From Euryarchaeota archaeon UBA121 (GTDB lineage Archaea; Thermoplasmatota; Poseidoniia; Poseidoniales; Thalassarchaeaceae): a stretch of 64,000 nt of DNA. Position numbers and translations under genes: made by a program. The notes beneath the pieces were generated by a model, which ran no database searches, had not been told where the DNA came from, and saw only the letters and a list, made by a program, of their open reading frames with translations. Where the stretch lies: assembly GCA_002499865.1 (NCBI GenBank), contig DANL01000059.1, positions 5,460 to 69,459 of the forward strand, written 5' to 3'. Positions 55,496 to 64,000 of the stretch are shown here, piece after piece. The stretch's first letter is position 1. Every line of letters starts with the position of its first letter.

Positions 55496-56293
55496 ATGTT
55501 GAATAGTGTAGAGTCCCGGAAATCAACTGAGACGAGTATGCCGGACGATGAAGAATCTTTGGTAGGGCCTAATGGAATGCCCTTGCCACCGCCCCCTCCG
55601 GGGCTTAATTTACCCCCTCCTCCGCCTATCCCTGTCCCTCTACCACCACCCGTCGAGGCAAATGAAAACCCTCAATCTGAAAAAGACCTTGAAGATATCG
55701 AAATTCCTTCTGAAGTAGAGTCAAAGAATGACTTTCAAAGCCACTGGGAGAAGAGGAAATCTGACAGTGACTCCCCGGCAATAGAGAGTAGGGATAGCAT
55801 GTATGGACACATAGATAGAATTTCATCCGGCCAGGTGGGCTCCCTGATGGATAGGTTCTCCGATCGATTTGGCTCAGAGCTGGATAGGGAGATCATTGTA
55901 CTCAGAAAAAAGCAACAGCAAGATCTCCTCGCGATTAAGCCAACTGTAGAACTAATTTCCTCGCCTGATGATGATTACGAAGAAGAATCAGAAGATCAGA
56001 GTAATGATTCTGAAGAGGACTCCGGAGGTTTGTTCCCGCAGTTCTTCGAAATCGTGAATAATCTGCTTGGCGATATGGATGAGGATTTCATTGATTCCTT
56101 TGTCTCCTCAGATGACTTCCCCCTCTTCCAGGAAGTGGGGGAGGGTCCAAGTGATTGCGATGATGAAACTAAGGCAGAATTTTTCTCTATGATAAATAGA
56201 GTACTTGGGGAGCTTCCAGAGGAAAAGATTGGAGACTTTGTCGCTTCACCAGGTTTTGCAATTTATCAAGAGATGGGCGAGATTTATTCATAA
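55496..56293 (+). CDS. Hypothetical acidic, proline-rich protein
   Basis: 'PLPPPPPGLNLPPPPPIPVPLPPP' followed by an acidic low-complexity and helical C-terminus with duplicated 'ExxxxFxxxxNxxLG(D/E)xxE(D/E)xIxxFVxSxxF' units. Confidence 0.5.
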   Translation: MLNSVESRKSTETSMPDDEESLVGPNGMPLPPPPPGLNLPPPPPIPVPLPPPVEANENPQSEKDLEDIEIPSEVESKNDFQSHWEKRKSDSDSPAIESRDSMYGHIDRISSGQVGSLMDRFSDRFGSELDREIIVLRKKQQQDLLAIKPTVELISSPDDDYEEESEDQSNDSEEDSGGLFPQFFEIVNNLLGDMDEDFIDSFVSSDDFPLFQEVGEGPSDCDDETKAEFFSMINRVLGELPEEKIGDFVASPGFAIYQEMGEIYS

Positions 56294-56316
56294 AATTAAA
56301 TTATTGAGGTGCGAAT

Positions 56317-57147
56317 ATGGGGCTATTGGAGAAGGCAGGAAAGATTTCAGAAGAAGACAAGAAGGAAGAAGTAGTCACAAAACCTACCCCCGTTAAGGCC
56401 GAACCTGCGCCTGTATCCACTAAATCAAGACGTTCTAAGAAGAAGCAAGCCAAAGCCTCAGCTAAGAAGAAGGAGCCTCGGAAGCCTAGGGCACCAAGAG
56501 AGAAGAGGCCGAAAGCTCAGCCCAAAGTCATACCTGATGGATATGAGGAAGTGGGAAGCGCAAGAGCATCACTAAGACTATTCGTTGATTTCGCCGTCAA
56601 TTTCGGTTTCATTATTGCAATCTTTGTTGCCTTTGCAATCCTAGAAACTCCTACTACCTTAGCGCTGATTGTATCTATTTTACTCTCAATATTCAATATG
56701 GTTGTAATGCCCATAAGGTTCAGTCGTTCTATGGGCAATGTAATTTCACGTACTCAATTCATTAATTCCAGGGGAAATAATGCTACTTTCATCTATCACT
56801 CTCTCAAGAACACAACTATAGCGTCTTACTTCATATTCCTCCTTGGCGTATTTTTTGGTATTTCCATGCTCGGAGACAGTTCCGGTATAGAGGGCGGAGA
56901 TTTCATGAACGCCTTTATTGCAATCTGTCTTTCAACCATATTGATACCTCTCATGGACTACATTTTCAGAAGGACTAGAGCAGATTCTCTAGGCTTGTGG
57001 GAAGTTGCCTTTGGAGGTATCTGGTTGGTAAAGGCTACCTCGAATTCGGATTCAGATTCTAAATCAAGATTCATGCAGAGGCTAGAATCAATGGCTGAAT
57101 ATGCAGAGTCTCGTGTTGATCTTGATGACGACTCGGAAAAGAGTTGA
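56317..57147 (+). CDS. Membrane protein with lysine-rich N-terminal tail and RDD-like 3-TM domain
   Basis: N-terminus 'SRRSKKKQAKASAKKKEPRKPRAPREKRPKAQPK', then hydrophobic helices and 'RFSRSMGNVISRTQF', reminiscent of the RDD family. Confidence 0.5.
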   Translation: MGLLEKAGKISEEDKKEEVVTKPTPVKAEPAPVSTKSRRSKKKQAKASAKKKEPRKPRAPREKRPKAQPKVIPDGYEEVGSARASLRLFVDFAVNFGFIIAIFVAFAILETPTTLALIVSILLSIFNMVVMPIRFSRSMGNVISRTQFINSRGNNATFIYHSLKNTTIASYFIFLLGVFFGISMLGDSSGIEGGDFMNAFIAICLSTILIPLMDYIFRRTRADSLGLWEVAFGGIWLVKATSNSDSDSKSRFMQRLESMAEYAESRVDLDDDSEKS

Positions 57148-57151
57148 TGGG

Positions 57152-59353
57152 TTACCTAACCCTTGAGCCAGAGCCAATATCACCTTTAGTAGTCAGGATG
57201 CTGACATTCCCATCTCCATCATCTGCGGCTAGTAACATTCCTTCGGATAATACTCCTCTAAGTTTCCTAGGCTCTAAATTAGCTACGAATACAACATTCA
57301 ATCCTTCTAAATCTGTAGGATCATAATATTCTTTGAGTCCGGCACAGACAGTCCTAGTTGAATCAGGACCGTCCTGAATTGTTACTACGTACAGCTTATC
57401 GGCATTGGGATGTTCTTCAACAGAAATGACTTTTCCAGTCTTCATCTCGACCTTCATGAAATCTTCAAAATCTATGTAATCAGCTCCTTTCTCATCTTCC
57501 TCGATGGGGTCCCCATTAATATCATTGGCCAATGACATTTCATGAGTTAGAATTTCATCAAGATCTAGCCTGGTAAAAAGAGGCTCTGGTGATGCCCCGC
57601 TCCACTGAAGGTCAAACGAGAAATCTGTCGAACTATCCCATAACTGACTGTCCAGGTCTGTTTTCTCTCCGAGCATTTCCCACAACCTCTCTGATTGAAA
57701 CGGCATGAAAGGCCTTGTACAGATTGCTAATGTTCTACAAAGCCTCCATGAAAGGGCCAGTCCTGAAAGAGAACCATCCTTATCCTGTGACTCTTCGGAT
57801 TTTAGATACTTCCATGGTGCACATCTCTGTAACAGTTGATTACCAATTTGTGCTATCGACATGATCGATCTCAATGCTTCTTTGAACCTCTGCCTTTCCA
57901 TTGAATCTATTGCTGAACGTACGAGATCATCGCACTGTGAGATAATCTCTGAGTGCTTTTCAATATCATCATATTTCAGTAACGGATTCCCCACGCCGGT
58001 TTCCAACCTATTTGTCAGTGTCATAACCCTATGTACAAAGTTTCCATAGGTTCCGATAAGCTCATTATTCACCCTGTCAACGAATTCTTCCCATCTGAAA
58101 TCAGTGTCATGGGTTTCTGGCATATTGATGGATAAGTAATATCTTAGACAATCCGCATCATATCTCTCCAAGAAGGATGGCAACCATACTGCGTGTTTTC
58201 TGCTCTTACTGAATTGGCCTCCCTGCAGCATGAGATATTCATTAGATGAAACATTTGTTCCCAGTACTAAATCGCCTTCAAATGCCTCATCGGTTATCTT
58301 TCCATTGTTATCAGATGCATTAATCCCCATAATGAGTGCCGGCCAAATAATTGTATGGAAGGGGATGTTGTCCTTGCCCATGAAGTAAATGTGCTTCGGT
58401 GAATCGCCACTAGAGCTCTTCTTCCACCAATTTTCCCATGCTGAGTCCCCATCAGGGTGATCATTTGCAGTAGCATATCTTTCGGACCAAATTCTTGCAC
58501 AGGAGTAGTATCCCTGAACTGCCTCAAACCACACATAGATACTCTTTGATGACCATTCATCTCCAGGTAGTGGAATATCTATTCCCCATTCTATGTCCCT
58601 TGTTACTGCTCTTGGCCTAAGGCCCATATTTAGCCAGTTCTTCGTCATTGACCTAACATTAGGCTTCCAAACAGACTGCCTACTAGATGCATATATTTCG
58701 AGACTCTCTTGAAACATATCTAATCTGAAGAAGAAATGATCGGTATCTCTGACTTCTATATCTGCTGTCGGATCTAATTTGGATGATGGATTGAGTAACT
58801 CATGTGCCTCATATGTTGAGCCACATTCATCACATTGATCGCCACGTGCTCCATCTTCTCCGCAAACAGGACAGGTCCCTTCTACGTATCTATCTGGGAG
58901 GAATCTAACTTTCTCTTCCGATATTGAGCAATATTGTTTCATTGTCTGCTTCTGCAACATTCCCGAATCCAATAATTGAGTAAAAACATCACAAACCAAC
59001 TCTTTATGTCTTGAATCTGAAGTTCTGTTGTACAAAGCTCCTCCATATTCGATACCTCTTGAATCAATGTTCTGAGACCAGGCACAACCCAGCTTAGTTA
59101 GAGAGTCCAGAGCCAAATCGTGATATTTGTCTACAATTTCTTGTGGTGAAACGCCCTGTTGCTCAGCAGTAATTGTTATCGGGGTTCCATGTTCATCAGA
59201 TCCACTACACATCAGAACCCTTCTCCCCCTGGCTCTTTCATACCTATACTGAATGTCTGCGGGAAGGCAATTTCCAGCTACATGGCCTAGGTGTAATGGC
59301 GCATTTACATATGGCCAAGCCATGAAAATTGTGACATATTCCGGCTCCGGCAC
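57152..59353 (-). CDS. metG: Methionyl-tRNA synthetase with C-terminal tRNA-binding (EMAP/Trbp111-like) domain
   Basis: 'YVNAPLHLGHVAGN' (HIGH), 'KFSKSRKH' (KMSKS), zinc knuckles 'CPVCGEDGARGDQCDECG', and a C-terminal OB-fold tRNA-binding domain ('...VVTIQDGPDSTRTVCAGL...'). Confidence 0.95.
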   Translation of the reverse strand: MPEPEYVTIFMAWPYVNAPLHLGHVAGNCLPADIQYRYERARGRRVLMCSGSDEHGTPITITAEQQGVSPQEIVDKYHDLALDSLTKLGCAWSQNIDSRGIEYGGALYNRTSDSRHKELVCDVFTQLLDSGMLQKQTMKQYCSISEEKVRFLPDRYVEGTCPVCGEDGARGDQCDECGSTYEAHELLNPSSKLDPTADIEVRDTDHFFFRLDMFQESLEIYASSRQSVWKPNVRSMTKNWLNMGLRPRAVTRDIEWGIDIPLPGDEWSSKSIYVWFEAVQGYYSCARIWSERYATANDHPDGDSAWENWWKKSSSGDSPKHIYFMGKDNIPFHTIIWPALIMGINASDNNGKITDEAFEGDLVLGTNVSSNEYLMLQGGQFSKSRKHAVWLPSFLERYDADCLRYYLSINMPETHDTDFRWEEFVDRVNNELIGTYGNFVHRVMTLTNRLETGVGNPLLKYDDIEKHSEIISQCDDLVRSAIDSMERQRFKEALRSIMSIAQIGNQLLQRCAPWKYLKSEESQDKDGSLSGLALSWRLCRTLAICTRPFMPFQSERLWEMLGEKTDLDSQLWDSSTDFSFDLQWSGASPEPLFTRLDLDEILTHEMSLANDINGDPIEEDEKGADYIDFEDFMKVEMKTGKVISVEEHPNADKLYVVTIQDGPDSTRTVCAGLKEYYDPTDLEGLNVVFVANLEPRKLRGVLSEGMLLAADDGDGNVSILTTKGDIGSGSRVR

Positions 59354-59463
59354 ATGGTTAGCGGTCAGTCACCTATTTATGTCGCAATCGGTCGTAAGGC
59401 AACTGGGAGCAGTCATTCGTGTCACGCACATGTTAATTTTCGCTCAAAAGTGAGGAAAGATAG

Positions 59464-60519
59464 TTGGTAGACTACACGCTTATCATAGCCTATTCGGGAC
59501 TAGCTCTTGGAGCGTCCTTCTTGTGCAGTATTTTGGAAGCAGTACTGCTTTCTACAAGTCATGGACATATAGCCGCTCTCAAAGATACTCATCCCAAAGT
59601 GAGCGATCTCTGGTCACAATGGAAAGATGACCCTGAAAGGCCGCTCACTGCAATATTGACTTTGAATACCATAGCCCACACTGTGGGGGCTTTGGGAGTC
59701 GGTGCTGAAGTACAGACCCAGTTCGGTGGAGGCATGATTGTGCACGTGGCAGCGGCTGTCTTAACCCTAGCAATACTGTTACTTAGCGAGATTCTACCAA
59801 AGACTATCGGTGCTCTATATTGGAGGAAACTTACTATTCCATCAGCTAGGATAATGAAAGCTATGATGTTCGCTCTCTGGATCATAGTCAAGCCAATAGA
59901 GATTACAAGGTCTCTTTTACCTGCAGTAGAGACTGAGACTGTTACTAGGGACGAGCTTTCTGTATTGGCCGATATAGCCGAAGAGACTGATGTAATTGAA
60001 GAAGACGAAGAGGCGGTAATTCAGAATCTATTGAAACTAAGGGAAATCAAGGTTAGTGATATCATGACTCCAAGAGTAGTAGTGACTTCAGTATCTGTTG
60101 ATGATACTGTCTCCGATGTTTTAGAGAGAATACCAATAATGGTCCATGGAAGAATGCCCGTAACCGGCGGGAATATTGACGATGTACGAGGAGTTGTACT
60201 AAGAAGTGAGATACTTCGTAGAGCTGCCGTCGATGAGTATGATAAGAAGATGTCAGAAATCTCTAGGCCTGTTGATCTATGTAGCGACAACGATTCCGTT
60301 GACAGGGCATTAGATATTCTCCTTGAGACTAAATCTCAGATTTTAATCGTTAAAGACGAGTTCGGAGGCACTGAAGGATTAGTTACAATGGAAGATGTGA
60401 TTGAAACTCTACTCGGCGTCGAGATAGTAGACGAGTCAGATCAGGTAGCGATAGACGAGGGCTCACATCATGAGGATATGAGAGAACTCGCAAAACAGAG
60501 AGTTGAAGAAAGCGAGTAG
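59464..60519 (+). CDS. CNNM/CorC/HlyC-family transporter (DUF21 TM domain + tandem CBS)
   Basis: Four N-terminal TM helices ('DUF21'). CBS pair 'IMTPRVVVTSVSVDDTV...' / 'VDLCSDNDSVDRALDILLETKSQILIVKDEFGGTEGLVTMEDVIE'. Confidence 0.75.
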   Translation: MVDYTLIIAYSGLALGASFLCSILEAVLLSTSHGHIAALKDTHPKVSDLWSQWKDDPERPLTAILTLNTIAHTVGALGVGAEVQTQFGGGMIVHVAAAVLTLAILLLSEILPKTIGALYWRKLTIPSARIMKAMMFALWIIVKPIEITRSLLPAVETETVTRDELSVLADIAEETDVIEEDEEAVIQNLLKLREIKVSDIMTPRVVVTSVSVDDTVSDVLERIPIMVHGRMPVTGGNIDDVRGVVLRSEILRRAAVDEYDKKMSEISRPVDLCSDNDSVDRALDILLETKSQILIVKDEFGGTEGLVTMEDVIETLLGVEIVDESDQVAIDEGSHHEDMRELAKQRVEESE

Positions 60520-60523
60520 TGTC

Positions 60524-61081
60524 TTATTCGGGCCTATCGAAGAACTCCCACTGTACTTCAGCTAACTCTTGATTGGTCGATGCTTCCGAATATGCTTCTA
60601 GTGGCATCCTATTCAATTCGAGAAATGCCTCCCCATATGGAAGGCATGATAATATTCTCTTAGCCTGCTCTTTTCTCCCAAGAATGTACAGTGATGATGC
60701 AAAGGCCTCCGCAGTAGAAAGCCTCCCTGGTTTACCCCATGATATTGGATTAGCAGCTAATAGTACTGGAAGTGTCCTACCTTCTAGCCTCGTGTGCTTA
60801 GAAATAGAATCTAATGACTCTTCCAGTCTCTTCCAAGAACAGTCCAGCGCTACGATTGACCCTCCACGTGATACTGACTTCATGTCATCGGGGCCCATCA
60901 GAACCCCACTAGACGGGTCTAGAAGAAATCCTCTCTTAGGAGCTGCACGAGTAGATTTATGCAAAATCGCATGTCCGTGTTTAGAAAGCCTCCTCGCACT
61001 ACATTTCTTCGGATCATCTTGATCTAGGTGGATTACATGCAGAGGAACGTCCTCGAACTCATTCTTTCGCAAGGAACTCAT
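60524..61081 (-). CDS. tsr3: 16S/18S rRNA aminocarboxypropyltransferase Tsr3 (DUF367)
   Basis: 'HLDQDDPKKCSARRL' (the Tsr3 'D..KKCT..KL' motif) and 'ALDCSW'. Confidence 0.65.
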   Translation of the reverse strand: MSSLRKNEFEDVPLHVIHLDQDDPKKCSARRLSKHGHAILHKSTRAAPKRGFLLDPSSGVLMGPDDMKSVSRGGSIVALDCSWKRLEESLDSISKHTRLEGRTLPVLLAANPISWGKPGRLSTAEAFASSLYILGRKEQAKRILSCLPYGEAFLELNRMPLEAYSEASTNQELAEVQWEFFDRPE

Positions 61082-61544
61082 CTAGAGCATCTCCTATTGT
61101 CATACTTCTGCTACTGGGAGTCTTAATGTTCCTCTCAGGTTCTGATATGTTCTCTTCAAAGAGTGAGATATCCAGTGCTTTAGCTATTTTCTCTAGAATA
61201 TTGTCAGCAGGCTGAACTCCCGCTTCGGTTTTCTGAATATCGTTGAGTCGTAGGTTTAGTCTCTTGGCCATTTCTCGTGCAGTCCATCCTTTCCCCTCTC
61301 TTGCATTTTTGATCCTAATATGGAAATCCCTAGCCACTTCTTTCTCCATCTTACTGATATTTTTAGTATATGTTTTTGTTTTATGTGAATCAGGTCTTGC
61401 TACAGTTTGTGTTGCAACTCTTCTTTCCAAGACTGTCAAGTTATTTGATTCGATACATCTTGTACAACATCTTAGCCTAGCTCCTGAAATTTCTGAAAGA
61501 AATGTTGTAACTCTATCCGTCCCACACATTTCACAGGTTGCCAT
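61059..61544 (-). CDS. mbf1: Archaeal multiprotein bridging factor 1 (aMBF1): N-terminal zinc ribbon + C-terminal HTH (XRE)
   Basis: 'MATCEMCGTDRV...LRCCTRC' zinc ribbon and 'KNAREGKGWTAREMAKRLNLRLNDIQKTE' HTH. The track ORF reaches 61637 but would overlap the PAN start, so an internal Met at 61544 is preferred. Confidence 0.75.
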   Translation of the reverse strand: MATCEMCGTDRVTTFLSEISGARLRCCTRCIESNNLTVLERRVATQTVARPDSHKTKTYTKNISKMEKEVARDFHIRIKNAREGKGWTAREMAKRLNLRLNDIQKTEAGVQPADNILEKIAKALDISLFEENISEPERNIKTPSSRSMTIGDALDEFLAKE

Positions 61545-61613
61545 GCATGCTCCAACGAGCACTCGAACATATGGGTTGGGGTTATTTGAAATCAAATACC
61601 TCTTACGAGACTC

Positions 61614-62828
61614 ATGGCTACTGGCTCGGACGCCCATCGTCAGGAAGACTCCCCCAACACATCCTCAGTTTCAAATCTTCAATCTGAAATCAAGGGACTA
61701 ACAGAAACCGCACAACAACTCCTAACTGATAAGTTACTACTGGAGAGTGAGATATCTCAAGTAAAGAAGCGTGCAAGCCGTCTCGAGGAAGAGGTCAGGA
61801 ATCTCAGAACTCCGCCCATGGTAATAGGACACATACAGGATCTCACTGATGAAGGAGCAATAGTCAGAAGTTCAAATGGCACTGTCTTCCTAGTTTCCAT
61901 CAATCCTCGTATCGAAGACTCGCTATTGATTCCCGGGGCCAGAGTTGCATTAAATCAGGATAATCTATCTGTAATTGAGGTTTTATCAGACTCTTGGGAT
62001 CCGCTCGTCGTTACTTCTGAGATAATTGAAAAGCCGTCCGTTACCTTTGATGACGTTGGTGGACTTGAAGAACAAATTATTCAAATTCGTGAAGCTGTAG
62101 AACTTTCTTTCACAAATCGTGACGATTTCGAGAGATTCTCCATCGACCCTCCAAAAGGAGTCCTGTTAACCGGTCCTCCTGGCACTGGAAAGACTATGCT
62201 GGCCAAAGCCGTAGCAAACTCCACTAATGCCGTCTTCCTAGGTTTAGTTGCCTCTGAACTAGCTCAGAAATACATTGGAGAAGGAGGGAGATTAGTTAGA
62301 GAGATATTCGATCTCGCTAGAAAAAGGGCTCCAGCCATTGTCTTCATCGATGAACTCGACGCCATAGGTTCTAAGAGACTCGACAGTGCAACTTCCGGAG
62401 ATAGGGAAGTTCAAAGAACACTGATGCAACTTCTGTCAGAATTGGATGGATTCGCCCCACTCGAAGATGTCAAAATTATCGCAGCCACGAATAGGCCAGA
62501 GCTTCTTGATAATGCTTTATTGAGGCCCGGTAGATTTGATAGAATAGTTGAGATACCTCTCCCCGACGAGGATGGCAGACTTTCAATTCTGAAGGTACAC
62601 ACCAAGAATACCCCTATATCAGGTAGAATTAAGCTAGAAGAAATCGCTTCTAAAACCGATGGTTTTAGCGGTGCCGAGTTAAAATCTCTAGTCGTCGAGG
62701 CTGGAGTTAGTGCAATATCAAAAGGCAATAAAAAGATAACAAAATCTGATTTCCTAAATTCACTAGAGAAGCTTACACTAAACAGTGAAAAAGGCAGAAT
62801 TGACAACTCTTCCGGACTATATGACTGA
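61614..62828 (+). CDS. pan: Proteasome-activating nucleotidase PAN (AAA+ ATPase)
   Basis: N-terminal coiled coil, OB region 'PPMVIGHIQD...NGTVFLVSINPRIED', Walker A 'GPPGTGKTMLAKAVAN', and Walker B 'IVFIDELDAIG'. Confidence 0.95.
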   Translation: MATGSDAHRQEDSPNTSSVSNLQSEIKGLTETAQQLLTDKLLLESEISQVKKRASRLEEEVRNLRTPPMVIGHIQDLTDEGAIVRSSNGTVFLVSINPRIEDSLLIPGARVALNQDNLSVIEVLSDSWDPLVVTSEIIEKPSVTFDDVGGLEEQIIQIREAVELSFTNRDDFERFSIDPPKGVLLTGPPGTGKTMLAKAVANSTNAVFLGLVASELAQKYIGEGGRLVREIFDLARKRAPAIVFIDELDAIGSKRLDSATSGDREVQRTLMQLLSELDGFAPLEDVKIIAATNRPELLDNALLRPGRFDRIVEIPLPDEDGRLSILKVHTKNTPISGRIKLEEIASKTDGFSGAELKSLVVEAGVSAISKGNKKITKSDFLNSLEKLTLNSEKGRIDNSSGLYD

Positions 62829-62864
62829 TGAGTAATCCTAATCCCTTAATCTCCATGCGAGGCC

Positions 62865-63899
62865 ATGGGCGAACCGTTGATTGAGTGCGTTCCTAACTTT
62901 AGTGAAGGCAGAGATAAAGATGTCATAGACGCCATCATAAATTCCATTACGAGCGTAGACGGGGTAAGCTTACTGGATGTAGATATGGGGGCCGATTTTA
63001 ATCGAACTGTAGTTACTATGGTTGGTGGACCGGAGGCTGTTTTGAAAGCAGCAATAAAATCTACCGGAGTGGCATTAGAACTAATTGATATGTCAAAACA
63101 TACCGGCGAACACGCTAGAATGGGTGCTATTGATGTGGTCCCTTTCATTCCTCTCAGTAACTCCTCAATGGACGAGTGCATCGATCTTTCAGAGCGCTAC
63201 GCTAAGGCAGTGTCTGAAAATTATGGTATTCCAATATTCCTTTACGCAGAATCAGCTAGGAATGAAAGACGTGTAAAACTACCCGATATTAGGAAAGGTG
63301 AGTATGAAGCTCTCAAAGAAAAACTATCCGATTCAGAGTGGAAACCCGATTTTGGTCCTTCAGAGTTCTTACCTCGTTCCGGAGTTACTGCTACCGGAGC
63401 TAGGCAAATTCTAATTGCATACAACGTTAATCTAAGTACACATGATAAATCGCTAGCAAATAAAATCGCTGGAAAAATTCGTACAAGCGGAGTGATTAAG
63501 AGGGATTTTCAGGGAAATAAATTAATTGACTCAAATGGAATTACAATTAGAGAACCTGGTAAATTCAAAGCCTTACAGGCGGCTGGATGGATGTATGACG
63601 AAAATACGGCTCAGGTATCCATGAACTTACTCGATCACACTATTACCGGGCTTCATGATGTTACAGACGCAATAAGGTCAGAAGCCAGTAAACTTGGACT
63701 CACGGTCACTTCAAGCGAACTTGTCGGATTGGTCCCTATGCAGGCAATGATTCAAGCAGGAATGCATTATTGTCCAGACCCAGAAGAGGCAAATGAAAAC
63801 AATATTTTACAACATGCAGTCGATGGACTAGGATTGGATGGCTTACATGAGTTTGATATCAGTTCTGCCATTATCGAGCTAGCAATACGGGGCGATTAA
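62865..63899 (+). CDS. ftcD: Glutamate formimidoyltransferase (FtcD transferase domain, stand-alone)
   Basis: 'IECVPNFSEGRD' canonical formiminotransferase N-terminus. About 344 aa, the full FT domain only. Confidence 0.8.
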   Translation: MGEPLIECVPNFSEGRDKDVIDAIINSITSVDGVSLLDVDMGADFNRTVVTMVGGPEAVLKAAIKSTGVALELIDMSKHTGEHARMGAIDVVPFIPLSNSSMDECIDLSERYAKAVSENYGIPIFLYAESARNERRVKLPDIRKGEYEALKEKLSDSEWKPDFGPSEFLPRSGVTATGARQILIAYNVNLSTHDKSLANKIAGKIRTSGVIKRDFQGNKLIDSNGITIREPGKFKALQAAGWMYDENTAQVSMNLLDHTITGLHDVTDAIRSEASKLGLTVTSSELVGLVPMQAMIQAGMHYCPDPEEANENNILQHAVDGLGLDGLHEFDISSAIIELAIRGD

Positions 63900-63900
63900 C

Positions 63901-64000
63901 TTGAATGATGGATATGCCGATGTCTTGTCAAAAATTTCATCCTCCAGTCCTACACCAGGAGGTGGCTCAGTAGCGGCGTTGACTCTTGCTCATGCGCATG
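63901..64000 (+). CDS. Formimidoyl-THF cyclodeaminase-domain protein, 5' fragment (continues beyond window)
   Basis: The frame starting at TTG 63901 encodes '...SSSPTPGGGSVAALTLAHAH', the cyclodeaminase/FtcD-C signature (PxPGGGSVAA). No in-frame ATG is present, so the start is uncertain. Confidence 0.45.
   Translation, partial: MNDGYADVLSKISSSSPTPGGGSVAALTLAHAH

Noticed and set aside
60573-61701. Plus-strand ORFs (149 and 152 aa) antisense to tsr3 and mbf1
   Set aside because: Both minus-strand genes have recognisable signatures (DCSW/KKCSA; Zn ribbon + HTH). The antisense frames lack any.
1-64000. Search for tRNA, rRNA, SRP RNA or CRISPR repeats in intergenic gaps (e.g. 9334-9412, 15692-15822, 28007-28090, 36191-36280, 50523-50623, 59354-59463)
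   Set aside because: None of the gaps is long enough or shows cloverleaf-compatible stems, a GTTC(A/G)A T-loop box, or regularly spaced direct repeats. The gaps look like ordinary promoter spacers. A covariance-model scan would be needed for certainty.

Overview
This 64 kb window looks like a gene-dense stretch of an archaeal chromosome, most plausibly a marine Thermoplasmatota / Marine Group II-like euryarchaeon. GC is roughly 48% overall, with patches nearer 38%; these are rough manual counts on short slices. The lineage guess rests on a PGF-CTERM-tailed acidic thrombospondin-type-3 repeat surface protein, an archaeosortase A candidate, and archaeal-type information-processing genes. About 60 protein genes are supported. 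No rRNA, tRNA or CRISPR array could be supported, and no mobile element is evident.

Identifiable genes include aIF5A, SRP54, TrmY, SurE and TrkA/TrkH. There are also the RFC large subunit, GlyRS, ProRS, MetRS, a very long bacterial-type Lhr helicase (1766 aa), GmhA/GmhB heptose genes and TiaS. The classic archaeal exosome/proteasome superoperon is present (PsmA-SBDS-Rrp4-Rrp41-Rrp42-L37ae-Pcc1-prefoldin beta). Downstream come S12-S7-EF2, an isoprenoid block (isopentenyl phosphate kinase plus an IDI1-GGPP synthase fusion, with a thiolase nearby), CoaBC and split transketolase. Further on are a futalosine-pathway menaquinone cluster (MqnE/C, MqnA, MqnD), PriS, Tsr3, aMBF1, PAN and a split FtcD.

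The most unusual items are:
- a half-size (159 aa) deoxyhypusine-hydroxylase-like HEAT/His-Glu protein in an operon with MqnD, with aIF5A elsewhere in the window;
- a UbiD-TPR-Nudix operon;
- the IDI1-GGPPS fusion;
- a 1766-aa Lhr helicase with a bacterial-type C-terminal domain;
- AT-rich gmhA-gmhB heptose genes in an archaeal context.
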